Source: Nitrospirales bacterium (GTDB lineage Bacteria; Nitrospirota; Nitrospiria; Nitrospirales; UBA8639). Taken from it: DNA of 64,000 nucleotides. Below are positions 62,782 to 64,000 of this stretch, piece after piece (position 1 is the first letter of the stretch; the number at the start of each line of letters is the position of its first letter). Under the pieces are notes generated by a model that worked only from the letters and a program-made list of their open reading frames with translations, did no database searches and was not told the origin of the DNA. A program made the translations under genes and the position numbers. The DNA lies in assembly GCA_965203295.1 (NCBI GenBank), contig CBDBCZ010000016.1:1120001-1184000 (forward strand). The letters are read 5' to 3'.

Positions 62782-64000
62782 ACCGTTAGCGTTCAACCCC
62801 GCCCTCCAGCTCCAGTCCTTCAGCTACGTCACAACCACCATGTCAGAAATCAATGGCCAGACCACCAGAACTTACAGCTCACCCATCGATCATCAGATGG
62901 GTAGGTATGAGTACGAAGTTCACCTCAGTCCAGAATACGGCACTGCAGGGTCTTAACCCTAGTTATGATGCAACTCGGCCTCAGCTACACGTGCATGCTG
63001 CTGTGCAATCGCGAAACCAATGAAGCGCTATGCACTGTGGGGGTCACAACTTCCAATTTCTTTGTGACCCCGACCAGAGGAATGTTATTTGCCAAAGCTA
63101 TATAGCTCTTCTTCTGCTAAAAACGCCAAGGACTCAGAATGTCACTACCAGGTACGTCCTCGTAAAGAATGTAATTTACATCTCGAGTGTACTGAGTGCG
63201 ATGGTAGCCCAAAAAGTGAATTCAAATCAGATTGTATTTATAATCCGCCCAACTATTCCAATTAATGACTACTTTTTGTCGGGATTCTCCATAACAATGT
63301 TGGTATTGGAATCTCGCCCAGTGCATTGTTTTGGGTGCATCACTGAATTAACCTTCCAATGTGTCTACAGGGCTCGGCACTACATTCCTCAGTGTAATGT
63401 GTTTTCTAGCTAGCCTAGCACTATAGTACATAATATTCACTGCCATATGTGATTCATAGTTTAGTAGTTTTGTGTATGTGTGAGTGTTGCAAAGAGTTGC
63501 TAGCCATTAGGTAGTGCCTGTTTTGCTTGGGTTCACTCACCATGGACCTGCTCATTGAAGAAGACATGAAATTTATGCAGCGCTCTCGAGGTACGAGTGG
63601 GGCTAGTGGCTGGAGCATTGGGCTTGTGATTGGCCCTTGTAGTACTCAATACACTAGTTGTAAAGCATACCAAGCTGTAGAGTGCCATGGCCTGGGCTTG
63701 AAACTAGCAGTGTCCTATGTATGAGCCCGGAGGCCTGCCTGATGTGTGTCCAACGAAAGGTGTAGCTGCATGCTGCGAGATCAGCTATATATGGAGTGGC
63801 TGGTCAGTTGTACATGTAGTTGTTACATGTGCACCACACTACCTAGGCCTAAATAGGCTGAAACAGTTATAAATTGTCTGTGGTTTTCATCAATAGGCTC
63901 TCCATTTGTTATGAAATACTTAGGATTGACTTTCATGGATTGGATACAGCTGCTCTAGATATCCCTGAGATACATGTTAGTTTGAACCTCTACCTTGATT

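Noticed and set aside
63527..63724. Exon-like segment near the window end
   Set aside because: Splice-like signals on both strands but no recognisable protein or linkage to another exon.

Overview
Intron-rich animal genomic DNA, most likely from a demosponge (inferred from the Calx-beta plus Wreath-like protein, SRCR richness and repeat style; not proven). I built four gene models by hand from GT-AG sites and reading-frame phase. (1) A + strand adhesion GPCR (2830-20810, 32 exons, about 1818 aa): signal peptide, 2 LDLa, EGF-like, Ser-Gly micro-exons, 15 symmetric phase-1 Sushi/CCP exons, GAIN/GPS and 7TM. (2) A - strand sacsin-like gene (39693-23318, 3 exons, about 4366 aa, one 12.7-kb exon). 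(3) A - strand mosaic protein without a TM segment (54545-42125, 19 exons found, 5' exon not found): 4 SRCR, somatomedin-B, Frizzled CRD, LDLa, 2 Calx-beta, and a C-terminal region resembling the aggregation-factor Wreath domain. (4) ADCK2-like kinase (- strand, 62781-58158, 7 exons). Non-genic DNA includes a decayed Ulp1/PHD transposon, a Crypton-like tyrosine-recombinase relic, several long hairpin elements, MITEs, and a direct segmental duplication of gene 3's last exon that brackets the sacsin gene. Domain calls are motif recognition by eye, not database hits.
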